A stretch of DNA of 64,000 bases from Octopus sinensis (taxonomy: Eukaryota): positions 310,001-374,000 of the forward strand of contig NW_021832223.1 in the NCBI RefSeq assembly GCF_006345805.1. Direction: 5' to 3'. Every line of letters begins with the position of its first letter. The stretch's first letter is position 1. The notes beneath the pieces were generated by a model that saw only the letters and a list, made by a program, of their open reading frames with translations, did no database searches and had not been told where the DNA came from. Of this stretch, positions 24,867-37,910 are shown one piece after another. The position numbers and the translations under genes are program-made.

Positions 24867-25542
24867 TGTATTCGCTTATATTTCGACTATTAATTGGGCT
24901 GATCAGTAGACGTTCTAATTTCTCAATTCAGCGATATAATTAGGCACGATTGCCGACGAATTGAGAATGGAGTACAGTGGTAGGGACAGTCTGTACACCA
25001 CCTTCTCATGTCCTCTGTTTAACACGTGTTTACAGACTGAGTGTAGTGTGTTCAGAAGGCGGTCATTTGTGCACTCAACAGTCAAGATGTGGGAAAATAG
25101 GGCAAGTTTATTCCGAACAGATTCCGGGAGGTTAACCACTCGTGATCAGTCTGGTCTAATCATGAGTACGCCTAATAAAAGAACATTTCGAGTGAGTGTT
25201 AATTATTATACACATCAATCAATTAATGAATTTAATTATTAAGGAAATCACACAAACTACTTTCCCGTCATCCAGTTTAAACAAAGAATTTGAGAATTTA
25301 AACAATGGAGTGTTGGAAGGAGTTCACCCAAGTGTCCTACCGACTCCAATAAAGCACGTGACATTCACACAGACACAAATTTTATCCACTGCGAAGGCGA
25401 ATCTGAATAAATCTCGGAATAACAGTTTTGCTATTTTTTGTAAATTGATGAACACATGCAACACAGGGAGGAAAGGGAACGTGAAGATCACCCAACTATA
25501 GTCTCACTTTTATATATTGCTTTGATTAGCACACAAATGTGC

Positions 25543-26631
25543 CTATTCCAACAACACATAAGCAAAGTGGTGAATAAAGAAAAGAGTGACAAGGAAAGTA
25601 GGACAAGACAGGAAAGGGGAGTAGACCAGAGAGTAGCCCACTCCGAGGAGACACACCACGAATATAGGGAGGAGGATAAGAGGGAGACTGCTGAGTGGGA
25701 TATGTCGGGCATCACTCCTGTCGTTGTCCCAGTAGAACTTGTCCAGTCTCTCATCCTTGCGTCTCCAGGCCTCCATCAGCCATTCCTGAGGACCAGTCTC
25801 CTCCACTGCCCGACAGTCGTGTCTCTCCACATGACAATGCACTCGATTGGGGACCACTCCGCGGATGATGGAGTCCTCGTTCAAGGGAATAGGCCCCCCG
25901 AAGGATATGGTCACGTCATAAACACTCTCCAAACCAAACTCTGAATGTGGCAGGAGACTACCTGTCCTCAGTCGATCATAAATATAGACAAATCCAGTCA
26001 CTCGAGGTTGGATGACGTATTTTAATGGTTTGACGTCATTTTCCCGGGCAAAAGCAATACTTCTGGACACACTGGAGTGGGAGGGGGTGGTGCCCTCGGG
26101 GAAGAGGACGAACTACGAGTCAAGTCGGGGACTCACTGAGGGGGATTGTGCCAGGTGGTGGTAATAGTCCATCACCCTGTCGATGGTGAACTTGTCGTCC
26201 TTCCAATCTCGCCGGAGCAAGACCCCGCCGACCATTCGGACGATGGGACCGAGGATTGGGAGATAACCCACCCCCCGTTTGAGGACGTGTTTATATTTCA
26301 AATGTCCAGTGGGTGTGTAGTAGTGCCATAGAAACATCCAATCAAAGCAGGACTGGTGGTTAACCACAATCAGCGAGGATGTCAAGTCTGAGGTGAAGAC
26401 ATCTCCAGAATGTGTGAAGTGGACGCCCAGGATGTGTTGGCAGAGGAACTGGCTGGTTAGATAGTGCAGTACTGAGAGGAAGGACTGCCAGAGGGCCATC
26501 AGATCTGCGAGAGTTCGGAAGAGGCGAGGAAATGGCCGAGTAAAGAAAATCAGGGCGGAGAATATATTTAATAATGTCAGTGTAGTGAAGGATAGCAATA
26601 TATACACATAAATCCGACAAAAATGTGTCAT
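25543..26631 (-). CDS. LCLAT1: Lysocardiolipin/lysophospholipid acyltransferase (LCLAT1-like)
   Basis: NHQSCFDWMFLW, LRRDWKDDK, LFPEGT, VIQPRVTGF, SVYDVTI. Confidence 0.85.
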
Positions 26632-26909
26632 TTATAATTTATTGCTTATTCAAAATTATTTTATTTATATTGCTTATCTCCAAATTATATAGATAATTAA
26701 ATGCGGTAAAAATTTCCCTCACTTTATTTTATTCCTGTCTGCCACCAGAAATTAAATAATTTCGGTGTTTCATGTATCCTAAAAAAGACTTTCATACATC
26801 TTAATAACAATTAAAACATATCACATGTTCTTAGTATTCCAAATAAGTTAAAAGATTCTGAGAATTGAGTCGTTTGACCCCAATATTTAATAAAAGTATA
26901 TTCAACAAG

Positions 26910-27830
26910 TTACGAATTAGTGGGGACAATTTTATTAAAGTCCTCGAGGTTAATCTTCCAAGGACTGTCCTTAACAATGTTGAGAAAAGAGGACCCCCAC
27001 TGCACCTCATCTGTCTTGTAGCTTTCTCTGGAGTTGACGATATGTCCAGAGGACTCATTCGCCCCCGTGACAAACACCAGAATCTCCACCCCCATTGCAC
27101 GGAATGTCTCCTGGTCGTACCCCCAAAGGGGACTCTCACTGGTTATTTTATGGACAATCGTTTTGAGGGAACCACAGTCACTGCAGGAGTCCTCCACGTG
27201 CATTCTGCGGAGGTAAAAGGGGATGATCTCCCCCTCCATGGTCACCCGAGCAGTCACCATGTACAGACTGACTCGAGTCCTGATGACCTGGGACCTCTGG
27301 ATGTTGATTACTCGGCAAATGAAGCAGTCCACTCCATTCCTCTTGCAGATAACAGCTTGGCGAGAAAAGAACCATGTTTTGACCCGATTAGTTGGGTTGA
27401 CCAGTTTGGTGAGGAGGATTCCGATAGCAAAGGACTCCACGAGGACGTCGAAGAAAGTCTGGAACATGAGGAGGAAGGCAGTCCAGTAGCACTCGTCCGT
27501 GATGAACATGTTTCCGTAGCCAATGGCATGCTGGGTCTCAATGGCGAACAGAATTGCCCCCAAAAATGAGTCCATGTTGGTCACACAGGTGTTGTCTGCC
27601 TTGCTCGAGGAGTACCACACCAGTCCGAAGAACATCCACGTTGTCACAAACAGACTGAGGATCACCACAGACACGACTGGCCAAGAGTACTGCCACAGGT
27701 TGAGGACTATGTATAGGAGTCCTCTTTTCTGCTCAGAGTTGATGATTTTCATGTTTTTGAGTCCTTTTTTGTTGATTAGGCGAAAGTTCTGCACAGACTC
27801 GATGAAAGACGTTTGGTTGATTCTGCTCAT
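26910..27830 (-). CDS. Inward-rectifier K+ channel (Kir), apparently intronless
   Basis: RLINKKG..N, TTWMFFGLVWY, ETQHAIGYG, FSRQAVIC, TIVHKITSESPL, EILVFVTGANES, ESYKTDEVQWG. The ORF is open further up to 27968. Confidence 0.93.
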   Translation of the reverse strand: MSRINQTSFIESVQNFRLINKKGLKNMKIINSEQKRGLLYIVLNLWQYSWPVVSVVILSLFVTTWMFFGLVWYSSSKADNTCVTNMDSFLGAILFAIETQHAIGYGNMFITDECYWTAFLLMFQTFFDVLVESFAIGILLTKLVNPTNRVKTWFFSRQAVICKRNGVDCFICRVINIQRSQVIRTRVSLYMVTARVTMEGEIIPFYLRRMHVEDSCSDCGSLKTIVHKITSESPLWGYDQETFRAMGVEILVFVTGANESSGHIVNSRESYKTDEVQWGSSFLNIVKDSPWKINLEDFNKIVPTNS

Positions 27831-28239
27831 CCTCAGGGCCCTGAGAGTGTCTGGAATGGGCAGGTAGACTGACCCCCCTCCGCGAATAACCCTCACCACC
27901 ATACCACTCCATCTTTCTAAAACAATCATAATATACATACGTTGATTGATTGCTGACAAGTCAATCAATGAGGAGAGTGGTGGTGGAGTGCACTCTTATA
28001 TATAATAAGGAGGCCTAATTTGTTCTATGTGCTAATATTGACTATTTTTCGTGGATAAGTCGAACAAAATGGACTATTAGTGCCTAACAAACAATTAACT
28101 AGTCGATCATTTATTTGGAAAATTACAATATTTGAACAAAGCAACGCTCTGATAATTTCGCTTGCTTTTACTCTCACTATAGGACGCGTCAAATTTGCTG
28201 TTGCGTAATCCGATTTCACATTAGATTATGAGGCCAGCA

Positions 28240-28440
28240 GTTTGCAGAAACAACAGGTTGCTCCCATAGGACCTCAGGGGAGTGAATGACACATTTTCTG
28301 CGGAGCGAAAGAAGACCAGTCAGCACAGCAAATGGAACAAAAGGGGGAGATCGAGATGTCCATTTTATGCGCATAGTGGTGTAATGAGGAGTGATGGCCA
28401 GAACGGAAACGAGCCAAGTTTGTCTGAGCCAAAAGTGTAA
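28240..28440 (-). mobile_element. LINE 3' remnant related to 1830-2300
   Basis: QTNLARFRSGHHSSLHHYAHKMDISISPFCSIC. Confidence 0.5.
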
Positions 28441-28530
28441 TGCTAAAACAGTCAAATTATTAATACATTAAAAAATATTAATTGCTGTATAAAAATAAAT
28501 AAATTTTTAAATTTATATTCAATTGAGTGA

Positions 28531-30044
28531 ATGACGCCCGACTATCACACTGATTTGGTTAGTTTGTCCATCAATATAAACAGAACAAATTCATAAAGGA
28601 ATTCCAAGACATGTACGACCCAACCACCCAAATTGTGTCCCACAAAGTCCATTCCCTCCTAACCCTCACAGCCTTCATCCGAAATGGTCCTCCCAGACTC
28701 GGACTTTCATTCCCCCAACGAAGCTGCCTCCCCCGGCACATCCGACAACCAAAACACACGTCGGCTACTGTCAGTGTACTACAAATGGAACATGTACATG
28801 CAGGTGACAGTCCTCCACTCATTTCCTAGGAACACTCCAACTTTATAAGCCACAGCCCCGCGTGTGGAGTGTTAGTGGTGTCTGTGGCCAGGTTTGTCCA
28901 CTCTAGTCACGTTATTCTGAGGTAATATATTACATAATGACAGGACTCTCAACTGCTCCTATTACGTCCGCTGTCCTCCACTCAAAAGTGACAAGTCCGC
29001 AGCAGAAAATGCTCTGAGGGTGTCCACTCTCACTCACATCCTCAGATTCTGACACGAGGGAAGAAACAGTGGAGGAAACTCATTCTCTTGGAGGACGAGA
29101 GAGTGCCCAGAGCCATTGAGGCCATGGACAGGTGTCTGTTCCCCACCAAACTCCTCATTGGAGTGCTCTACCAACGGCCAGGACAGGTACTGACTGGATT
29201 AATGACAGAAATATGAATCACAACTCCTGGCCAATGAACTGTCCCCCACTTTCCAACAGTTCCTCCAACTGTTGTGTGACCAAGTGCCTCCATTCAATGA
29301 CCTGACCACCATGTTCGAGGACTTTGAATTGGCTTATTCCGTGGCCCCACTTCTCGAGGCTGACCAACATGTGCTTTATGTCCTTCATTGCAGAATATTG
29401 TCAGGAAACGTCACGTGGGGAATTGTCCCGTGGTCCTCGTTTTTCAGGATCACGGAAGTCTGTTTTCCGCGGATATGTTTCTCTCCAAAGTCGTCCAGGT
29501 CTTTGTTGTCGTCCAACACGACGGAAAGTCACATTTTCCGCATTATTCCGTGACTACTCTCTCCCGGAGTTGTGTCCACTCCCAGGAGTCGTCACTCGCC
29601 ACTTTCGGGACTTTCCGTCAGTTTTTGCTTCAAAAGTTGGTGAATGCCTCGCTGGCTGCACACAACACTCCGCAGATGTTGTCCATGCAGGTATGCCTCC
29701 AGGGTGAGTCCACCAGCACAAAGCACGTGATTCCTCTCTCCGTGAATTGTGGAAACTTGGAGGGACATGTTTGAAGTCACCCAGTCCTTCTGTCTCCAGG
29801 GAACCTGAGTTCTCCGTCAAGTTGGCCACTTTGGGGAATCGTGGATTTGTGTAGGGCGGATTTTTGTCTACTTTTTAGGGAATGTCGCACTCTCCGAGCT
29901 GACCTACACTCGGGGACAGTTTCCGAGCTTTCGGATTTATTGGAGTATGCCAGGACATGTAAGCACGTGGGTGGTCCTGACCAACTGTACGCCTACAATT
30001 TGCTGCCTAATTTCTCTCGAGAATTCCTTGATAAGTATGATTAG
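28531..30044 (+). CDS. RAP1GAP: Rap1GAP-family GTPase-activating protein
   Basis: EHSNF, IGVLYQRPGQ, PTFQQFLQLL, RKRHVGN (Asn-thumb motif), VLVFQD, FVVVQ. Multi-exon. Confidence 0.8.
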
Positions 30045-30180
30045 TTGATTAAATCAGACATGAGAATGGGAAAAATATTCTTCGCATGCTCACTCGTCGC
30101 TGATTATTTTTATTATAATTTTTTATTTAATCAACTATATTTTATACACTTTATATTCATTTGTATTAATAAATAAAAGA

Positions 30181-32764
30181 TCACTTCCACATGGAGAGTG
30201 GGATGGGGGGTGTGGTCACATCCTCCACACGGTTCACTCCTTCAATGTTATACCGCACTCGTAGCTTTAGCTTGATAAACTCCAAACTTTGCTAAACTAG
30301 AAACTCATACTTACAGATAAATCGGTGGTAATAACAGCCCTCTGTACATAGTCCCCCAGTGGCAGTACGACTGCACTGTCAACAGGAATCACCCTCACCA
30401 CCATATTCTAGAATATTCGATAAGCAAAGAGTACCCTGAGCACAGCCAACTGCACATCCAAATGGTTAATCATCTCCAAAGTCTTATTCCTCACCTTCAT
30501 CTGTACTGGCCATTCACATTCATTCGTATGTGGAAATGTAAAACTAATTGATATGCTCTCACTATTGAACACTACACACATCATACTTCACTACTACCCT
30601 CCAGAGACGGCCGGTCACTCCTCAACTCACACAACGACGAAGGTTTAATTGGGACATCGTTGGCAATAGAGGAATCCTTAGGCAGTGGAGATGAGGAGAA
30701 GATATCATCGGATATATCATTGGACACAGATCTGTCAGGAATGATGTTGTCTGGCATGCGATGGGATATATCATTCACAGCCCTTTCCGTGTCCTTAGAC
30801 ATTGTTGTATCAAACGAAAAAATGTCAGCTTTGTCAGAGAGCTTGTCACGAGGCATATCAGGGTTTACTTCGTTCGTTGTGATAGAGATTCCATGAGGGG
30901 ATATATCAGATCCATCAAAGGAGAATAATGAACTGTTATTGAGGATATGACTGCACTCGTAAGCTCTCTGCTGAATGTCCGTGTCTGAGGAATTAGTGTA
31001 CTTGTCAATGATGGGGATTATCCTCTCTTTTGTGGAGGACATTCTCGACCCCAACTTGGCGAGTGCCACAATTGCATACTGAGTGACTCCTGGCTGGTCA
31101 CACTCCCCCACCACAAGTCGATTATTTCGTGCTTGTCTTTCTTCATTAAATGTCCAAACTCGCCCAGACTCCAAACAGCCACCTGACTGAGTTGAGGACA
31201 GTTGGCAGTGAGGGAAGAAATTATTCGTTCAATAATGCCCAGACTGTGCTCAAGTGGGGCAGTCCTCACAGTCTCCACCAGAGAAAAGACCACGTCATCC
31301 TCCACATATTTTCCTGCCTAGGATGACTAGAAAAGTAACAACCATCTGGACTACACGGAGAACGACATGAACATACCAGTCGACGGACACACAATACTTG
31401 TTGGCACTGGCTGTGATGACATGACAGCAGAAGCGTCTGAGTTGAGTGGGACACTTCTCCCCCAGGAAGGTGAGGAGTGAGGAAATTGTGGTCTCCACGT
31501 TGTCGGAATCCACCACATCAGAAAGCGTGGAGAGAGCAGTGCTATGTTTGATAGAGTGTGGCACACTTGGCTATAGAGGGGACATTGTCGAATAAACAGG
31601 AGGTGATACTCCCCACATATCTGCCCACCAATTTCTTGTGAGTGGAGGACAAGTGGCGAATGAGAGTGAGGGCGGAGTGTCTGAGAATGAGGAATACAAC
31701 AACCTTATATTAGCATAGTTAACAGTCAGAATATTGGCCAAATAGTCGACGGATAATTTAATGTTATCCTCGTCTTTAAAATGAATGAATGTGAGCACAA
31801 TTTCGTGGACGAGACTGAACTTGCTCTGTGAACGGGAGAGGGCGAGTGTCTGCAAATGTGTGACAGTCATACGTGGGTGAGCATGGACAGTATTTGGTTG
31901 GTGGGACTCCCTATCAGTCGGATCAGTCGAATTAGACAATTCAGCAAAAACAAGTCCACCTGCCAGACCATCGGATTCCGGGGGGATAAGGACATCTCAA
32001 AGACGGTGACTATTTTGGAGAGGATGTGCTAGGAGTACTCAGAGGGACTGTACAGTCTTGGAGTACTCTCTGTAGTCCTCAGAAATTGAACATATTTTGA
32101 AAAGGAGTGCCATTGCGGGGTAGATAGAGCCTACTCCTTAAGAACACAATCCTACCTTCCCTCGTTTCCACAATCCGAATAGCCAGTGGAAAGAAGCAGT
32201 GAATACTCTCCGGAATACATTCAACCATTTTTCCTGCCACAACCAGAGCCCTTCTGCTCACGTCCCTCTGGGATTGCTGGGCCAACACCTCAATGTCCGT
32301 CACGAACTCCCTGGCTAGCACGACTGAGTGGATGTTGGCCAGGGCATTCAGAGCGAGGAGCATCACTTCAGGGAAACTGGTCTTGATGTCGAGGTCACGT
32401 TTGATGGCATTGGTCAAGAGCACGTGGGTGTCCACACTCTCATCAAAGAGAATGGCAGCGGTGAGGTACCCCAGTCGTTTGTAGTCGAATTTGGAGGAGA
32501 GGATGAGGTTAATGCACTCCAATTGAGCAAAATGTGTGGGGAGACCCAGCATGTTCAAATACACGACTTTGCTCATATTCTTGGCTCGCTCACTCAGTTT
32601 GCCTGTTTTGAAGGAATCCCGGATGGAGGCACACTCGTGGTTTATGAGGGAGTTCTCCTCGAGGGATGTCCGGCACTGTCGAACGTCGGAGATGAGTTGA
32701 TTGAGGCTGCGACCGTTCTTCCGGAATCTAAGCACATTGACAGCCTCTCGCTCTACTTTGACAT
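30181..32764 (-). CDS. AP1G1: AP-1 complex gamma subunit
   Basis: LNQLISDVR..EEN..I..EC..IR.SF, YLNMLGLPTHFAQLECINLI..KRLGYL, and a C-terminal ear (KLKLRVRYN). Start inferred through a 29-nt intron. Confidence 0.92.
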
Positions 32765-32815
32765 GGCTTTATTCATACAACCACAGGTAAATTAATATTT
32801 TATTTAATCATCAAC

Positions 32816-33361
32816 TTATAAATTACGTTTTTTATAATACGAGTCCATTCTCCTCCGATCTGCACTTACTTTTGCAATCCATTTCCTCCTACAACAAACT
32901 CGACCAGTACTTGGCCTCAAGTCTTGCCAGTTCCTCGGGGTCTTCTGGTCTGTTCCTTTCTTGGAGGACACGCTCGCAGGTAGTGATAATTTCCCTTATT
33001 TTGGCATGGCAGTCACGCTCGTTCGCCTCTTGAGACCTTTCACGTTCGGAGGACACGACCAAATATCCATTTTCTATTATTTTTGATTTAAACTTAGTTA
33101 TATGATGTGTATACTAGTTGGTGGATGACTGGCTTGATTTGGGGACATATCCAGTCTGCCGCGTCCACGTTGAATCGCATTTCCACTTTTGAGTTTTCTA
33201 CACAGTTGTAGTCACTTGCTACTTTTATTCACTTTTTGTCCCCCCTGCCCACTCGACCGAGAGTACCTGATCACCACTCTGCCTTCAGGAATGCTGCTGA
33301 AATTGCTTAATCTGAGAGCCCAGTTGGGGAACAAACCAGGCTTATTTGCCATACTATTCAT
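32816..33361 (-). CDS. MRPL58: Mitochondrial peptidyl-tRNA hydrolase ICT1
   Basis: YSRSSGQGGQKVNK (GGQ motif), KVEMRFNV..ADWI, GYLVVSSERERSQ..N..DC..KIREII. Introns 25, 22 and 22 nt. Confidence 0.9.
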
Positions 33362-33406
33362 AATCAATTTTATTTAAAAGTAATTGGATGTATTAAATAT
33401 AGTAAA

Positions 33407-34690
33407 TTAGTAGTTACAAGCAGGCTGAGCCGCACACTCGTCGGGGTAAATTAAGAGTTGGAATTTAATTATAAGCAAAGTTGCAATCGAACCCAAAATA
33501 GACCCGAACTGAGTGGACAGGCCAAGAGAAAAGAGACCGGCCTGCCCGTAAGTCCTCATCCATGCTGTGAGAATAATATTGGCATTCGTCAGACAGAAGG
33601 ACAAGACAATCCACAATACCACCTAAATGACTCAATAAATGTTACAATCAGAGCCATCCCCGACTTGCAGCCCAGTAACCACCGACTCGAATACCCCGTG
33701 GTATTATAAAGAACAAGACAACTCGTAGTCAAACCCACCAAGGCATTGGAGACAGCCACAGTGAGCGAAGGAGAGTTTTTTCTGAGGGACACGAGGGATG
33801 CCAGGGAATTGAAAATGGCAGTCAAATTGACCACAAGGTGATATGTCTCCCTCCCATAAGGGAGACTCGAATATGTCTGGATAGAAGGGAGAACTCCGTT
33901 TCTCACACACCCAATCACAGCTGCCAGTCCATAACAGGCTAGTTTGGCTCGTTTCCCACTTATCGTCCCCGTCTGCTCAGAGGAAGGCTCAGTCCAAGTA
34001 GCACGGACGGACATCCTCAGCCTCGTCTGGGTTATCAAATAGAAGGCGGTCATAGAAAGTCCAATAAAAACGCAAATAATTGAAAAATACACTTCCAAAG
34101 AGAAATGAGGAACAAGTTGGCCTGAAGCGTTGTGGGCACAGTTGACATTCCCAATCCCCTGTGCGAGGGAGAGGACGGGGAGGACAATTCCGGAGACTCC
34201 CATGCCTGGTAAGTCAGTGAGGACCTACCAAAGAAGTACGCGTAGATCAAAAGTGGAGCCAATGAGCCTACGAAGGGAATATAAACAATGCTGGTCGACG
34301 TATCAGAAAATGCAATCAAAAATGTAAAGCAATAAAGGACAAGACTGATTTCATTAGGACCAGACCCGTGTGTTTGTCGCCAGAATAAGGCCACCATTAG
34401 GCACCCCACAAGTTGGCTGACAAGGAGTGTCCACACTTGTTGTTTCTGCCATATTAGTGAGGACAAACCTGTGTGAGAATGCAGTACTTCCTGATTAGGT
34501 AGAACACGATTAGTGAAATGTTTCCGAGCTGCGTCACCACAGAAATGTATGAGGGCAAGTTCCAGGCTTCCGGGAGTTCCGCTGTCAAAATAGGCAGTTC
34601 CTGCCAGACTGAATTGATCCCAATCCAGGAAGAAAAACCAAAAACACAGACCAAAATGAAACACACATAAAACGCATTGCTTTGGCCCAT
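33407..34690 (-). CDS. SLC52A: Riboflavin transporter (SLC52A family)
   Basis: FGFSSWIGINSVWQELP..LPEAWNLPSY, DTSTSIVYIPF, GVLPSIQTYSSLPYG, GLSTQFGSILG. Confidence 0.9.
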
Positions 34691-35876
34691 TTCTGATTAT
34701 ATTTGATATTTCATTATAGTTTTATTAAATCATATTCCTCATCATATAATATAGAGTGACCGACCTCATTACTGCGAATTTACCCTGAATGGTACTTATT
34801 CGTAGTAATCCACAAATAGGCAGTTAATTAAATTTAATATTCTCAACTGACTGAATATTTCTCCAGGTTTATTAATTATGTGCGGTTTTGTGAACACTCA
34901 TTTTATCATCCTAATTTATTCACTAATTTCCACAACCCCTCAGGGCATGATCTATCAAATGACAGCCTGAAAACACATGGTTGACTAATATGCGGGTATT
35001 TGACCCATTTCAGAGTAATAAATACCAGTGATGTGACCCACGTGTACTCCCGCAGTTTGAGTAATTCACCTAATTCACTCAAATCGAATTTCCAAGTAAT
35101 ATGACCCTGCTGTTCTATACCTAAAAAGTCGTTTTTTGTTTTGTTGGCCGCATTTTAACCCCAGGAGGAGTATGAAATGACCAGTTCTCGAATACAGGCT
35201 ATATCCAGGTGGAAAAGGAGGCTATGTAACATGACACTCTACAGACATATGACACACAAATTTGATTGGGACTAATCAATTACATTCCAGGGGAACATAA
35301 CGTGTTTATTACGAAAATATAAGTCAATCAATCGGCAAGCATTCGTACACAAATTGTGCTACAATACCAGAAGGGACAAACCTGAGAGAACCAACGACAA
35401 ATGCCAGTAAATGTGACAACAGGCAGGTCAGTCTCGACAGTCCCACAATTCTCTTCCAGAATCTGCTGTCCTCATTACCAATACAATACGATTGGCCTCG
35501 ACCCGACTCAGTCATGGTCTCTGCATCCATTTTAAGGATCGGAGATTCGGACTGGTTTGTTATGTAATATTATATTACGTCATATTCGTCTTCGAAGATG
35601 ATGCTCCTATTAGTTGGTTAGTTAAATCTCTGTTTTACGGAAAAAGGTTATTTGTATCGGAATTTGTAGTGGAGGAAATGGAGATAATTTCACTTTCTGA
35701 GTCAGTCATTCACAAATGGAATATACGATCAACCACACATAATAAACAATGTATTTAAAAATATGCTAACCATTTTTAAATACAACAATTAATATTATTT
35801 TACATATAAGTAATATATACAATTAAGACATGTATAATAAATAATATTTATTATTTTGAATTAAGCAAAAGAGAAA

Positions 35877-36056
35877 TTATGACGAGTAGACTAAGTTTAA
35901 TAGACTTTGAATGTATCGAATGGTGGCCAGGATAATCTCAAGATGATCCACCTCCAAGGATTGTGACAACTCGGGGACCACACCCTTCAGGATCCTGAAA
36001 CAGTCTTCCTCTGATTGCTGCAAACTGAGTTCTCTTTGGTAAGGACGTTGTACCAT
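35877..36056 (-). CDS. Small HLH protein without a basic region (Id/extramacrochaetae-like), 59 aa
   Basis: EDCFRILKGVVPEL..VDHLEIILATIRYIQSLL matches the HLH pattern. No basic DNA-binding stretch precedes helix 1. Confidence 0.55.
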   Translation of the reverse strand: MVQRPYQRELSLQQSEEDCFRILKGVVPELSQSLEVDHLEIILATIRYIQSLLNLVYSS

Positions 36057-36102
36057 CGTGAGGAGAGTGCGTGGTGGGGTGAACAAATAGTTATTGCTTA
36101 TA

Positions 36103-36183
36103 CAGCTGTTAGGCGATGCTTACTTGAAACGGCACACATGGCAAACAGATGTGTGGATAACAAATGGTTCAGTCCCACAGCTG
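36103..36183. promoter_or_regulatory. Cluster of five E-boxes upstream of the Id-like gene
   Basis: CAGCTG 36103, CACATG 36135, CAGATG 36146, CAAATG 36161, CAGCTG 36178. Confidence 0.45.
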
Positions 36184-36479
36184 CTCTGTTTAAAACTCAC
36201 AAGGTTTCACTTAACTGTTGTCTTTAAAAACTAAAGGTATTGTGAAAGTGTCTTTATTTTGTCAAATTAATTAATTTTTCAATTTACTATTCTATTCAAC
36301 AAACAAGACACAATCAAATATCGTCAAACGTAAAATAAATCTAAAACTTTCAATATTAAATATAGGTTACCCTGGTCCTTTGGTCAATAAAAAGTGTTAA
36401 AGTGTTAAATTAAGCCATAGCCTTTCTATTGATTAAATTATTTGAAGATTCCCAGTTTTTAACCAGCTTGAAAATCTCA

Positions 36480-37150
36480 AAAAATGATGTCCGGCTATTT
36501 TAACGAGTCGTGATGACCTGCTTAATTTTGATCTTCCTTGTTTTTTCTGCGTTTACTGGAAAAAGAAAAAACAAGGAATAATTGTTGTTTCCACATTTTC
36601 ACCACATGGGACAATGATTGTTTAATTTTTACTTTGTCATTTAATACTTTTTCGTGCCAATTCAGTTTCAAGAGTTTACGTCAGCATCATAATTCTAGTA
36701 AATCTACTTTACTGCTGTCTGATTTGGACAATCTCCACAATTCACAACCATAGAGAAAGACACAGGAAAAAAAGTCTTGCGATAGTCAATAAAACACATA
36801 TAAAGACACTTCTGAAATTTACACGATTTTTCCATAATCAATCGGAGATGGAGATGTGGTCTCTCGTACCACGACTACGTCTATAATCAGTTTGATAAAT
36901 AGATAGAATTCTTTCTGAACATGAGAGCAATTGTGCAATAATTTGAAAATAATTTGCTGTCACTTTTTTGGAAACAAGACAAATATTGACTTCTTCCATT
37001 CTGAAGGCCAAATGTCAGTTTTCCAAATTTTCTTACAAAGGATTGTAATTGCAGATAAAGGAATAACATTTGCTTAAAAGGTTGTCCGACCCAGGAGCTT
37101 TTTTGCAAGGTAATTCATTTACAGCTCATATAAAATCTGGATTATATTTT
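36480..37150 (-). mobile_element. RTE-clade non-LTR remnant with internal deletion
   Basis: Frameshifted KAPGSDN, IWKT.IWPSEWKKSIF, NYCTIAL, CFIDY, then GCELWRLSK..WRKLL..W. Confidence 0.7.
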
Positions 37151-37910
37151 CGGGGTTTGGAAAGAAGAGAATGTTTCACGATAAGGTGCCCACCAATTTT
37201 TGTATTCAGATGTATAAAGTTTTTCTGCGTACTTTTTCTATCTATTTCGAATACTAGACGTCAATATACTGAAGAATATAGACTCCTTTCACAGCAAGCA
37301 GCTGCCCCTTTTAAATGGACTTTAATGGCCTTTTAAAAGCAATAATCAGTCACTCTATAAACACTAAAACGCCAACTGCAGCAATTGTGGCAGATTATTG
37401 GAAATTGTTTGGGAACATCCCAAGACTCACTAATCACGCTAATCTTGCAATGCACAAATACTTCATGGTGATAAATATCATGGACAGTCAAGACCCCTGT
37501 ACAATATGTGGTGACCCGGATTCTTTACGGACTCTGTCCAGAAAAATGGTGCTGGACTAGAATGGTTCAGAAAATTATCACACGTGTGGGATTATAACTT
37601 TATGTCCCCATGTCATAAAATTTTTTTATTATGTTCATAAAGATTATTTAATACAAATCGCTTAATTATGTGATTTCCATTCTTCGCTAAGTAGAAGAGT
37701 TGGCCACAAACTTTTTTGTCAATTTTTGTGTTAAGGTTTTTGTTCAGCTGGGTGTTTTGAGGCATACCAGTCCGCAAGTTGATTATGTGTAATAATTTAA
37801 TTAATTTATGGTCGACTTACAAATTAAGGCATATCCGGGTGGTGGCTAATTAATTATTTTTAATCGTAAAATTAAATGTTCAAAAATATAGTCAATATTC
37901 GACCAATTAA

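Noticed and set aside
24915-25501. Short ORFs between SELENOT and LCLAT1
   Set aside because: No consistent spliced model or homology could be built; left unannotated.
35324-35758. Short ORFs between SLC52A and the Id-like gene
   Set aside because: No motif and no supporting exon structure.
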